DNA of 59,313 bases, from positions 1 through 59,313 of the IMG/VR virus record IMGVR_UViG_3300037558_001138; one strand, 5' to 3'. Below the pieces are notes generated by a model, which worked only from the letters and a program-made list of their open reading frames with translations, had not been told where the DNA came from and made no database searches. A program made the translations under genes and the position numbers. This DNA is from a virus. Lineage: Duplodnaviria > Caudoviricetes. Positions 37,662 through 47,300 of this stretch are shown piece by piece (the first letter of the stretch is position 1; each line of letters begins with the position of its first letter).

Positions 37662-38027
37662 ATGAAATTCTTTACCGCATTTTTCGCTACATTTGTTATC
37701 GGTGCCGCATTGCTGTCAACGCCAGCAACAGAGTATACCGAAGAATCATATGCTGGGCTGTGTGTTGTCGAGTTCAACGCCCAGTTCAACTCTCAGAATA
37801 GTGTTCCTTGGATTGAGGAACTATCGGACTGCAATGGACGTCGAGTTGATATCGCGGCTAGTCCTGACCAGCAAACAGAATATAAGATTGTAGTAGTACC
37901 TACCATCATCATTTTTAATGAAGGCGCAGAGGTCAAGCGCTATCAGGCTAATATCATGATGGAGCTAGAAGTTCAGAAAGAAACCATTCAACACGATATC
38001 GATGAAATTATAATGAGTGACTTCTAA
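37662..38027 (+). CDS. Exported thioredoxin-fold protein lacking CxxC
   Basis: Signal peptide. VVEFNAQFNSQN sits where VxFxAxWCxxC is expected; YKIVVVPTIIIFNEGAEVKRY is the Trx cis-Pro/beta3-beta4 motif. Confidence 0.75.
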   Translation: MKFFTAFFATFVIGAALLSTPATEYTEESYAGLCVVEFNAQFNSQNSVPWIEELSDCNGRRVDIAASPDQQTEYKIVVVPTIIIFNEGAEVKRYQANIMMELEVQKETIQHDIDEIIMSDF

Positions 38028-38332
38028 TGGCAATCAAAAAGCGCAAATCGAATCCAATCCGAAAAACGACTCGGGGCAAGGGGGCAAACTACCGCTCAAC
38101 AAAGTCGGGTGCGGGAATGACTGCAAAAGGTGTACGTGCGTACCGAAAAGCAAACCCAGGAAGTAAGCTAAAGACAGCTGTTACTGGTAAGGTTAAGAAG
38201 GGAAGCAAAGCATCTAAGCGTCGTAAATCGTATTGCGCCAGGTCATTAGGACAGCTTAAGCGTTCTAGTGCTAAGACAAAAAATGATCCTAACTCACGTA
38301 TCCGTCAAGCTCGACGGCGCTGGAAATGCTAA
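38027..38332 (+). CDS. Small basic protein (DUF6321-like)
   Basis: GAGMTAKGVRAYRKANPGSKLKTAVT...RRKSYCARS...DPNSRIRQARRRWKC motif. Confidence 0.75.
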   Translation: MAIKKRKSNPIRKTTRGKGANYRSTKSGAGMTAKGVRAYRKANPGSKLKTAVTGKVKKGSKASKRRKSYCARSLGQLKRSSAKTKNDPNSRIRQARRRWKC

Positions 38333-38336
38333 TGAT

Positions 38337-38465
38337 ATGGAAGACGAATTTGACATCTCTTTTTTAGATCCTAAGAAACTTAAGGAGTCGGAAGACAAAC
38401 TTAAGAATGGGGAAATTACATGCAACCTGGATGACCCAGAAGATTGCGAAAGCTGTAGCGGATGA
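38337..38465 (+). CDS. 42-aa acidic protein ending in C-x7-CxxC
   Basis: Restarted at MEDEFDISFLD. Ends ITCNLDDPEDCESCSG. ATGA-coupled to the next gene. Confidence 0.6.
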   Translation: MEDEFDISFLDPKKLKESEDKLKNGEITCNLDDPEDCESCSG

Positions 38466-40234
38466 GTAAGAAATTTAATGGACATAGGTGTGAGCGACGT
38501 AATCTAACGGACTTAGTACTTGGTACTGGTCCAGAGGGAAACAAGCGTGCCACTCCTAGAGCTAAGAAGCGGGCGAAGAATTATACTACAGAGCCTGCGG
38601 TTAATAAAATGGAAGGAGGTGGCCCGGCTTCTCCTGTAGATTCACTTTTAGGTGTGCTAGGACGCAAAAGCATGCCGGGCAACAGAAGCTCAGGCAATAT
38701 GCCAGCGGACACGCAAGCACTATTGGAGTATTACAATGCTGCACAAGGTCGCATTACTGAAGGTATGTCTCCTCGTGATGCTGCAAATACTAATGCGTAT
38801 CTGATGAGTCAACAAATGGATTATGGGCTGCCTACTACCGTACAAGCAATGTACGGGACTGAACGTAGGCAAATGAATCCTGGCGGCCCTACAATGACAC
38901 CAGGTCAGTTACCTGATTTTATAAAGCAGTACCTAAGTCAACAAGGCAATATGAGCTTAGCAAGCTCTGGAGGGCAAGCTGCTGGGCAATTTATTACAGG
39001 CATGTCAGATACGGCTAATGATCCTACTGCAAAATATGGCGTAGGAGAGGGGCTAGGCGCAGCTGTAAGTGGTGCCTTTAACCCTTTAGCAATGTCCTTA
39101 GGTCCACTTGGTATGGTGGCAGGGGCAGGCATTGGTTTAGCTAAATCGCACTTTGAGCACACCAGGGAAAAGAATGAGTTTTTAGAAGAGCAAGAACGTC
39201 TTAAAGATGAGCGTATTATTTCGAACGAGGCAAATGCAAATGATATGAGCCGTCAGGTTTTAAGCACTTATAATCAGCAAGGTGTTGGCGGAGGATATTA
39301 CGCACGTCATGGGGGACCGGTAGACAAGTTTTATACAGGTGGACCTACTGAACCACCAGCAGTTATGCCTGGCATGGAACAGTATGCGCAGTATGCTAAC
39401 CTAAATCCAGAACTTGCGGCTTCAGTAGCTAATATGCCTCAGCGTAATGACAGGTTGACTAGCTACAGTGATTCACAGCTATCTATGAATAAACAAAATG
39501 CTGCTCTGCGTCAAGAAGATGAACGCTTTCAACCGATTAGGGATGCTTTTAATGATCCTGGAGTAATGATGGATACAGCCCAGTTAGGTCTTGGAGTGCT
39601 TCAGACAAGTGAACTGCCCGTAATTAGTCAGGTGGCCGGCGCTGCAAACGCTTTAGGATATGGTGCTCGCGGTATTTATAGCGGCATGAAAGGTGACATC
39701 CCCCATGCTAGTATGTATGCAGGTTTGTCAGGGCTAAGTGTTGCAGGTATGATTCCTGCTGCAGGTGCCGGTGCGGATGCTGCTGTTGTAGCGAAACAGC
39801 TGCAAGCATTGAATCGAACCGGACGCGGCGCACAAGCTCTGAAGACAGCTCATACCGCAGAACATATAGCTCACCCTCTTGCAACTTTTGATAAGGGTGT
39901 TAACGTGGGTACCGGAGGCAACTTCAAGCCATCGTATGCTATGAAGGCGTTTGAGCAAGGAGGTCCTGTAGACTACGAAACTGAAAAAAGTGAAGTCATT
40001 CTTGCATCACCTAATGATCCGCCTATTGCTGTAGGGCAAGGAAAGTACAACCGAATTTCTGGTAACTTGTACAAAGGGGATGGGCCTAGTCATGCACAAG
40101 GAGGTATCCCAACTCGTGGGGCAACAGAATCTTTTGTAGATAATGCAGGACAACCTGTTGATAGCCCCTACGTATTTAGTGACTCTAAAGACATGAGCTT
40201 CAATGCTGATGAAATTTTATCTATGATTCGATGA
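38462..40234 (+). CDS. Virion cargo/ejection protein with hydrophobic segments
   Basis: Gly/Ala-rich hydrophobic helices, repeated xxxGG motifs, and C-terminal ETEKSEVI...GPSHAQGGIP...YVFSD motif seen in crAss-like cargo proteins. Confidence 0.7.
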   Translation: MSKKFNGHRCERRNLTDLVLGTGPEGNKRATPRAKKRAKNYTTEPAVNKMEGGGPASPVDSLLGVLGRKSMPGNRSSGNMPADTQALLEYYNAAQGRITEGMSPRDAANTNAYLMSQQMDYGLPTTVQAMYGTERRQMNPGGPTMTPGQLPDFIKQYLSQQGNMSLASSGGQAAGQFITGMSDTANDPTAKYGVGEGLGAAVSGAFNPLAMSLGPLGMVAGAGIGLAKSHFEHTREKNEFLEEQERLKDERIISNEANANDMSRQVLSTYNQQGVGGGYYARHGGPVDKFYTGGPTEPPAVMPGMEQYAQYANLNPELAASVANMPQRNDRLTSYSDSQLSMNKQNAALRQEDERFQPIRDAFNDPGVMMDTAQLGLGVLQTSELPVISQVAGAANALGYGARGIYSGMKGDIPHASMYAGLSGLSVAGMIPAAGAGADAAVVAKQLQALNRTGRGAQALKTAHTAEHIAHPLATFDKGVNVGTGGNFKPSYAMKAFEQGGPVDYETEKSEVILASPNDPPIAVGQGKYNRISGNLYKGDGPSHAQGGIPTRGATESFVDNAGQPVDSPYVFSDSKDMSFNADEILSMIR

Positions 40235-42774
40235 GCAAGAAAAAGATGACACCGGCTCAAGTAGCCGAACAGTTAGGACAGTTTATTTCTAAGCAGGAAG
40301 AAACTCTTAGTCGTTATCCTGTAGGACCACTGGGTAACACAGCACGTCGTAATCTTGAAAAAGGGCGTAAAGCATTAAAAGCTCTTCAAGGTAAGAATGA
40401 GCAGATGCGTATGCAGATGGAGCCTAACCAAGGCGCTACACAACAGATGGCACCGGGAGGGCCAACAGGTGACGAAAGTACGCGTCAATTAGGCTTACGA
40501 AATTTTAACCCGGGCAATTTACGCGTGTGGGGAGAACAGGAAATTAAAGATGGGTTTGCAGTTTTTGACTCGCCTGAAGAGGGGTGGACAGCTTTGCAAA
40601 AACAGCTAGATCGTTACAAGCAGGGCAAGACACCGGGGACTTCGGGTGATATGACATTGCTAGAAGCAATGCAGAAGTATGCGCCGTCTTCGGATAATAA
40701 TAATCCAGATAGCTATGCGCGTAATATTGTCCAGCAAATAAGTCAAAACTTAAGTGGGGCTGGAGTTGCTCCTATACAAATTACAGAGCAAACTCCTATT
40801 AGCGATATCCCGACAGATTTGTGGGCATCGGCTGTAGCGCGGGTTGAAAGCCCACAGATGTATGCAGCACTAGTACAGAGAGACTTGATTCCTGAAAATG
40901 CTATTCTAGAGGTAAGGCCCCAAGATGCTCAGGTAGCTACGGAAGCATTAAAAAGTATTACTAATAGGGCGCCAGATCCTGATACAGAGGAGGCCCGTCG
41001 TGCTGCAGCATTGAAAGAAGCAGATACGCAGGAGACGTTAGCTTTTTTAAATAGCCGACTACCCCAAGAACAGGTACCTCAACAAGCTGCTATGACGGGA
41101 GGTGCTGCGGGAGATGGGCAGTACTTAGGTTACTTAGGAGCTACGTATGGAGCGGAATCTACTAGGCCTGATTTTAACCCCGTACCCCCTCAGGAGATGG
41201 CAGATGCGTCCGCACGAGCGCAAGCCCAGAGTAACTTTAATGCTTTACCAAAAGACGAGCAAAGTACTATTAGAGTAGGGGCTACAATGGATGGCTTAAG
41301 TCCAGATTTCCCCTACGATGAGGTGTTAGAGTGGGGCGAGGAAAATTATGGTGTTAGTGAGGGACGTCAAAACAGTACTAATGAGTCTGGTATTGATAAT
41401 CAAATTATTGGAGCTAATACTTACCAGGCTGGCAAAGGTCATGTTATTTATAGTGGAGACGCTTTAGATCGTTTGGGAGGAGCAGGAGCATCTGTAGATG
41501 AAACTAGAGTTTTACTTCAGTCTTTGGTTTCAAATGGGCTAACAAAAGAACAAGCGTATGAAGCTTTGGCTGAGCCTGATTTTTATAGAAGCATAAAAAA
41601 AGACAATCGGGAAGTAGGTCTTTTTGGTAGGCGATCGATAGAGCGTTTAGAAGAAATGTCCCGTAAAGCAACTCAGTGGGGTAAAGTTACAGAGAACAGA
41701 GAGTCGATGACGACTGCGGTTCCGGACTTGAACACCGATGATCAGTTTACTACAGAACTTGCACCAGGGATAAACCCAGAAGTATCTGTCCGGGATGCTA
41801 TGATTGACGCCGACAGGCAAGCTTTTTGGGAAAGCAAGCGCAGAGATAACTACACGTATCGTCCAGGTATTTACGTGCCTGGTGCTGGAGGTAAAATTCC
41901 TCCAAATGTTCTTGACCCTACAAGTACTACAACACGACAGCTAGCAACAATGCAGGCTCAGCAGCAACGTCCTCTTGATTACCGTGTAATGCCAGACTTT
42001 GGTAATGCTGTAACACCGCAACCTGAGAGATTGGAACAAGTAGGCATGAAGCCAGATACACAAGAGGGTGTTACGACTGTACCAGATGTTGTGTTAAATG
42101 AGCCAAAAACTGAAGAGGTAGCACAATTACCTGTAAAATCTGTAGAAGAGGTTGCGCCTACATTGCCTACAAAAGAACTGCAGGTACCTCAAGCTCCGGA
42201 GATGTTGCAGGTAAATATGCCTAAAATGAACGCTTTACAAGCAGTTCCCGCTATGGCAGCTTTAGGAAGTACAGCTATTCAACGTCGTGCGCTTAATGCT
42301 ATGCAAGGTCCGCAACGACCTGTTGAAACTGCTATTCCTCAGTTTGCTTATGAAAGTAATATCCAAAGCCAGTTGGATAATATTCGTAGCGCTACAACAA
42401 CGGCTTCTCGGGGTAGTAATCTACCTGGACAAGCAGCGGCAGCTAATCAACAAGCGCTTATGGCTGCACGCTTTAGGGCAGAAGGTCAAGCTAGGTCGGC
42501 AGACAATCAAGCTAGGCAGCAGGCAAAAGCTCGGTATGATGCAATGGCGTATCAGGGTCGTTCAGCACAAAATGCTTTGCGGTCTAAATACCAAGATGAT
42601 ATGGTTGCTTTCAACAACCAAAAGGCAATGCTTGATGCTCAAATTAAACAACAGCCGCTTAATGTACTAGCTTCAAGTACACAAGACTACTTAAAGAATA
42701 TTTATGCTCCTAACTTAGCGGCGATGTTTGAGGCCCAAGGACGTCAGTATGATACTACTTATAATCAAGATTAA
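40231..42774 (+). CDS. Virion cargo/ejection protein with lysozyme-like domain
   Basis: RNFNPGNLR...FAVFDSPEEGWTAL...KYAPSSDNNNPDSY domain followed by helical Gln/Ala-rich regions. Confidence 0.7.
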   Translation: MSKKKMTPAQVAEQLGQFISKQEETLSRYPVGPLGNTARRNLEKGRKALKALQGKNEQMRMQMEPNQGATQQMAPGGPTGDESTRQLGLRNFNPGNLRVWGEQEIKDGFAVFDSPEEGWTALQKQLDRYKQGKTPGTSGDMTLLEAMQKYAPSSDNNNPDSYARNIVQQISQNLSGAGVAPIQITEQTPISDIPTDLWASAVARVESPQMYAALVQRDLIPENAILEVRPQDAQVATEALKSITNRAPDPDTEEARRAAALKEADTQETLAFLNSRLPQEQVPQQAAMTGGAAGDGQYLGYLGATYGAESTRPDFNPVPPQEMADASARAQAQSNFNALPKDEQSTIRVGATMDGLSPDFPYDEVLEWGEENYGVSEGRQNSTNESGIDNQIIGANTYQAGKGHVIYSGDALDRLGGAGASVDETRVLLQSLVSNGLTKEQAYEALAEPDFYRSIKKDNREVGLFGRRSIERLEEMSRKATQWGKVTENRESMTTAVPDLNTDDQFTTELAPGINPEVSVRDAMIDADRQAFWESKRRDNYTYRPGIYVPGAGGKIPPNVLDPTSTTTRQLATMQAQQQRPLDYRVMPDFGNAVTPQPERLEQVGMKPDTQEGVTTVPDVVLNEPKTEEVAQLPVKSVEEVAPTLPTKELQVPQAPEMLQVNMPKMNALQAVPAMAALGSTAIQRRALNAMQGPQRPVETAIPQFAYESNIQSQLDNIRSATTTASRGSNLPGQAAAANQQALMAARFRAEGQARSADNQARQQAKARYDAMAYQGRSAQNALRSKYQDDMVAFNNQKAMLDAQIKQQPLNVLASSTQDYLKNIYAPNLAAMFEAQGRQYDTTYNQD

Positions 42775-42779
42775 GAATA

Positions 42780-44306
42780 ATGGCTGTTAATTTACCTAAG
42801 TCAATGCAGTTTGTAGAGTACAAGCCTTCTATGGTTGGTATTCCTACTCAATCTGCAGCGCGGTATTATGATCGCTTAGATAGAGAAGCTCTTCGTACAG
42901 AAGCGGAATCGAATAAAATTCGTGAAACTCTTGCTAATCACACTGCAATCGCTAGTGAAGGAGATAAACCTTACTTAAACGATTTGCTCGGTAAAGTTGA
43001 GGGCATTGTTGAGCAAGCTTCTACTGAGAAAAACTTGCCCGGATATGCCAAACAGATTCGTAAGCTGGTGGGGGACATTAACGGTTCGCCGGAATATGCT
43101 ACAGTTCGCAATAACGCACGTTTAGCAGAAGAGTATCGTAAAACAGATATGGATTTATCTACAAAGTATGGCAGAGAAAACATTGTACAAAGCGGTGACA
43201 ATCCTAGTAATTTTTCTTCTTTTGGCCCCAATGGTGAGTTGCGTCAGTTCCAAGGATTTGCTACACAGCGACCAGATTACTTAAAAGGTATGGATGATGT
43301 GTATATGAAAAATGTAGACATTGTCGGTTCTCAAGGGGCAATGGAAAAATTTGTTGACGACGGCTTGGCTTTGTCTAACTATCGAGAAACTCCTGAAGGC
43401 CGGGTGCACATAAATGAAATTTCTCAGCAAATGACAGGCATGCCTTTTGATAGGCTACCTGCAGTTCAAAATGAGCAAGGTGAGTATGTGGTAGGTCCTG
43501 AAGGTGTTGCAGTCATGGAAAAAATGAATGACTTGTTAAAGGATGCAGGCTCGCGATATATCAAAACTAAAGCTGTTAAAACTGCTATGGACTCGGGTGG
43601 GCAGTATGAGAACTTAAAGAATAAAGGCATTATTAGTAGTGGTATTGCTAACGTGTCCCTTACAGATGGTACAGATGCAGCAGATCAAACTATTGCTGTT
43701 TTTGACGACCGGGTAAAAAATACAGAGTTAGACGACCAGCTAGTATCATTGGTAGCAAGTGACCCGACAGTGTCCTTGTACGCTAACGCTAGTGGCGGTA
43801 AAGATGGTTTTGAGCGGGGTGCTGGCATACAGTCCAATCAAATTATAGGGTCAAAACTTACAAGTGGTATAGGACCTAATGGTTATCCTCTTATTCAAGT
43901 AGAGTACAACAATAGAGTTGCAGGTAAAGGAAGCGAACAAGGGATAGGGTACTATGAAGCATCTCCAGAAGATGTTCCGTTTATCCAACAAAGCTTGAAT
44001 GGTACGCTTATGCAATTACGTAGTTCTTCTACGACACAAGCGAATCGTATGAGTATGGTACCTGCAATTGCCAATATTTATGACCCTAATTTAAATTCTT
44101 GGATGAAGGGTGAATCAGATGCTGCCCATACTTTTAATAGTCCCAACGGCACAGGGCGAAGCATGGAGGTTAGAAAGGTAGCAACTGGATATGCTGTATA
44201 CGATTCAGAGGGCAATCCGTTGACTAAAAATGGTAAGCCATTTATTGCTACATCGGAAAATACATTACGTAATTTTATCGGGACTTCAATTGTTAACCAG
44301 TTTTAA
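42780..44306 (+). CDS. Virion cargo/ejection protein
   Basis: 508 aa, helical N-half, directly upstream of the vRNAP gene as in crAss-like phages. Confidence 0.6.
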   Translation: MAVNLPKSMQFVEYKPSMVGIPTQSAARYYDRLDREALRTEAESNKIRETLANHTAIASEGDKPYLNDLLGKVEGIVEQASTEKNLPGYAKQIRKLVGDINGSPEYATVRNNARLAEEYRKTDMDLSTKYGRENIVQSGDNPSNFSSFGPNGELRQFQGFATQRPDYLKGMDDVYMKNVDIVGSQGAMEKFVDDGLALSNYRETPEGRVHINEISQQMTGMPFDRLPAVQNEQGEYVVGPEGVAVMEKMNDLLKDAGSRYIKTKAVKTAMDSGGQYENLKNKGIISSGIANVSLTDGTDAADQTIAVFDDRVKNTELDDQLVSLVASDPTVSLYANASGGKDGFERGAGIQSNQIIGSKLTSGIGPNGYPLIQVEYNNRVAGKGSEQGIGYYEASPEDVPFIQQSLNGTLMQLRSSSTTQANRMSMVPAIANIYDPNLNSWMKGESDAAHTFNSPNGTGRSMEVRKVATGYAVYDSEGNPLTKNGKPFIATSENTLRNFIGTSIVNQF

Positions 44307-44317
44307 TAAAACATATT

Positions 44318-47300
44318 ATGGCGGAGGAAAACCAAAAGCCGGTCAACCTGGGCGATCTAGGTACGGCATCATCCTCAGACATTCGCAAAGCTTTAGAAGG
44401 ACAGCCTAGTCCTGTGGAGGCGGATGATTCTGTAGATCCTACACCCCCGACGGAAACGTCTGCTTCGACTCCAGCAGTCGCAGGTACTGATGTTGATGAA
44501 ATTCTAGGTGGGAATGCTTTTAACCTGTCAGAAAAAGAAGACGGGACTTATGAGTTTTTCAATCCTTACGACAGTAATCTAGACGTAGACTTAGATCAGT
44601 TTGAAACGCAACGTCGGCGTGTGTCAGAGGATAGCATGCTTTCTGGCATTTTAAATGGGGTAGAGGGGCTTGAAGAAGGGTTTACCTATGGAGGTATCCA
44701 AGACACTGTAAAACGCAGTGAGGAAGCTCAAGGTGTAGTCAATAAAATGAAGAATGGCTTGACTCAGCTTGTAGCTGATACAGGCATTAATGTAGCTCAA
44801 GGGTTTGGGTCGCTGCTGTATGGGGTTCCTAGTGCTATTGTAAATGGGGACATTACTAAACTTTATGATAATTCTTTAGCTAATAACTTAGATAAGGGCA
44901 CAGAGTTTTTAGACGAGTTCTATAAAATTAAACGAGGTGGGGATCAGAGTACTGGTCAAAAAGCGGCTAACTTTTTATTCGATGACGTAGCGGGTGGTGC
45001 AAGTTTTGTTATGGGTGCTATTGCTACAGAAATGGCATTTACAGCACTTAGTGCGGCTACGTTTGGCGCTGCCGCTCCTGCGCAAGCTGCTGCTACAGCC
45101 GGTCTTGTAGCTCGGGGTACACGCTTAGTACACAAAGCTATGCAAGGGGGCAAGGCTTTAATGTCTGGTAGTTTGGTAGATGATGCGCTAAGGGCTAGCC
45201 GAGCTTTAGGAGCTAAAGCTACTAGGGAAGGTGCGTCTGCTGCCTTACAAACTGCGGCTCAAGCTGCTCGTACTCCTATGGCTATGCAGGCAGCTGCTCG
45301 TGTTTCGCGACAACTTATTACAGGCGCTTCGATGGAGTCAGGTATGGAAGCGCGACATATGCTTAATGCCGCAGTCGAGAATCAAAAACATCAGTACGAA
45401 GATCTAAACGGCAAAGGTTCATTTACTGAAGAAATGTCTGGTCAATTTCGCGAGGAAATTAGCGGATACGCAGATGGGGTTTTTGGTACTAACATGGCTT
45501 TAGTTGGAGCATCTAACATGTTAATGTTCCCAAAGCTTTTTGGGGTCGGACTTCGCAAAGGCATGAGTACCGCTAAGTTTATTGACACAAGTAAACTTTC
45601 ACAAAGAGCACGAGCGCGTCTAGCTAAAAATATGGGCGTAGTAGAAGGTAAGTTACCTCGTATGGTAGATGCTGCTAGGGGCAATACTATGGGACGTATT
45701 GTTGGACGAGGAGGTCAGATTGGGCGGGTAACTGCAGCCAATACTAAAAATGCTTTATATGAAGGCTTTATTGAGGAGGGTGGACAAGGAGCTATCAGCC
45801 GCTCTACCGAGGACTATATCTCTAAACGTTATGATCCAAAAGGGGTAGAAGGCACAGTTAGATTTGCCGATAGCTTTTTAGAAGGGCTAAAGGGAAGCTA
45901 CACGACCAAAGACGGCTTTAAGGAAATTGGTATTGGAATGCTTTTAGCGTTTACCGGTGTTCCTATGTATGCGCGTAATCAGAGTACGACTGCTTCATCT
46001 GAAAGCGAAACAGCAGGTAAGCCTGAAAAGAAGTGGAAGTGGCAAATGATGGGGGGCTATGCGGATCAGCGAAATGCGTTGATAGCTCAGGATAAAAATA
46101 TGGATGCCATTATTGCTTTATCTGAAAAGCATGGAGATGTCGGGGGCATACTGAAAGCAGAAATTTCTAATATGAATAGACAGAATGTCTTGCAGTCTGA
46201 GCAAGACGTTTCTATCCAAGAAGGGAGGTTTAAAGAAGCGAAAGATGCAGAAGCTGAAATGATCTTTTCGCATGCTGCAACCAAAGTCGTTACAGGTCGG
46301 TATGAGCAATCTATTGAGGAAGCTCAGCAGGTAATGGATGAGATGACAGATGAGGAGTTGCGCGAGCAGCTAGGGCCTGATGCAAAAAATATGACGGGGG
46401 AAGACCTGCGTACTCACCGTAATAAAGCTATGGAAAGCTACCGTGCTCGGATGGACCGTGCACGCCAGGCATACGAGAGAGCTGGGGAGGTATATCGCGG
46501 TGCTGATCCCGATATCCATACTGGAGTTGCGCACATGCTTTACATGGTTCAAGAGAAGGATGCTCGTGAAAAAAAGATTGCAGAAGAAATGGCGGGGGCT
46601 ATTGAAGGCATGAATGAGGGTCAGATTCTTGATTTTATGCAAGCCACCAGAGACTTGAATAATAGAGATGAAGTACTTGGCGAACTCCTTACTTTAATCA
46701 ATCGTCGTAAAGACATTGATAAACAACTTGCGACTAAAAAGTCACGGGGTATTATTAAAAATATTGACCCTAAAAAGCAAGAGGCACGAGATGCTGAAGT
46801 AGCGATTTTGCAGGAATCTCAGCAGGAGAACTTAGACGCCATGCAACGTCTAATGGATGTCATGTCAACAGCTAATAATGTTGATCGTAATAAGTATGAT
46901 TTTTCTAGTGTAGACTTCTTAGAGGGTTTAGCTCTCTTGCACCAAGAAATCCAGTTGCAACAAACTCAAGGACAGGGTATTCAGAAAGCAGACATTGAAC
47001 AACTGTATGCAGACTTGCAAGCAGTTTCTGCTGACAGAATGGAGCTTATCAATAATTACAATGACTTTATTAGTCCCGGAGGTGTTCAGCGTTTTGAAGC
47101 GCGAATGATTGGGTCTATTGAGCGATTGGCAGATATGTCTCCTGAAGAACGCAAGGAATCTCGTCAAGAGGCTGCTGCAAAAGAAGATGCAGAAGCCACA
47201 ACCCCAGACTCTTCGGATACTCCTCAAGCACCAGCTGAAGAAACTCCAGCAGCTCAAAGTTCTGACCCTACTGTACCGGGTACTCCACCAACTGATGACG

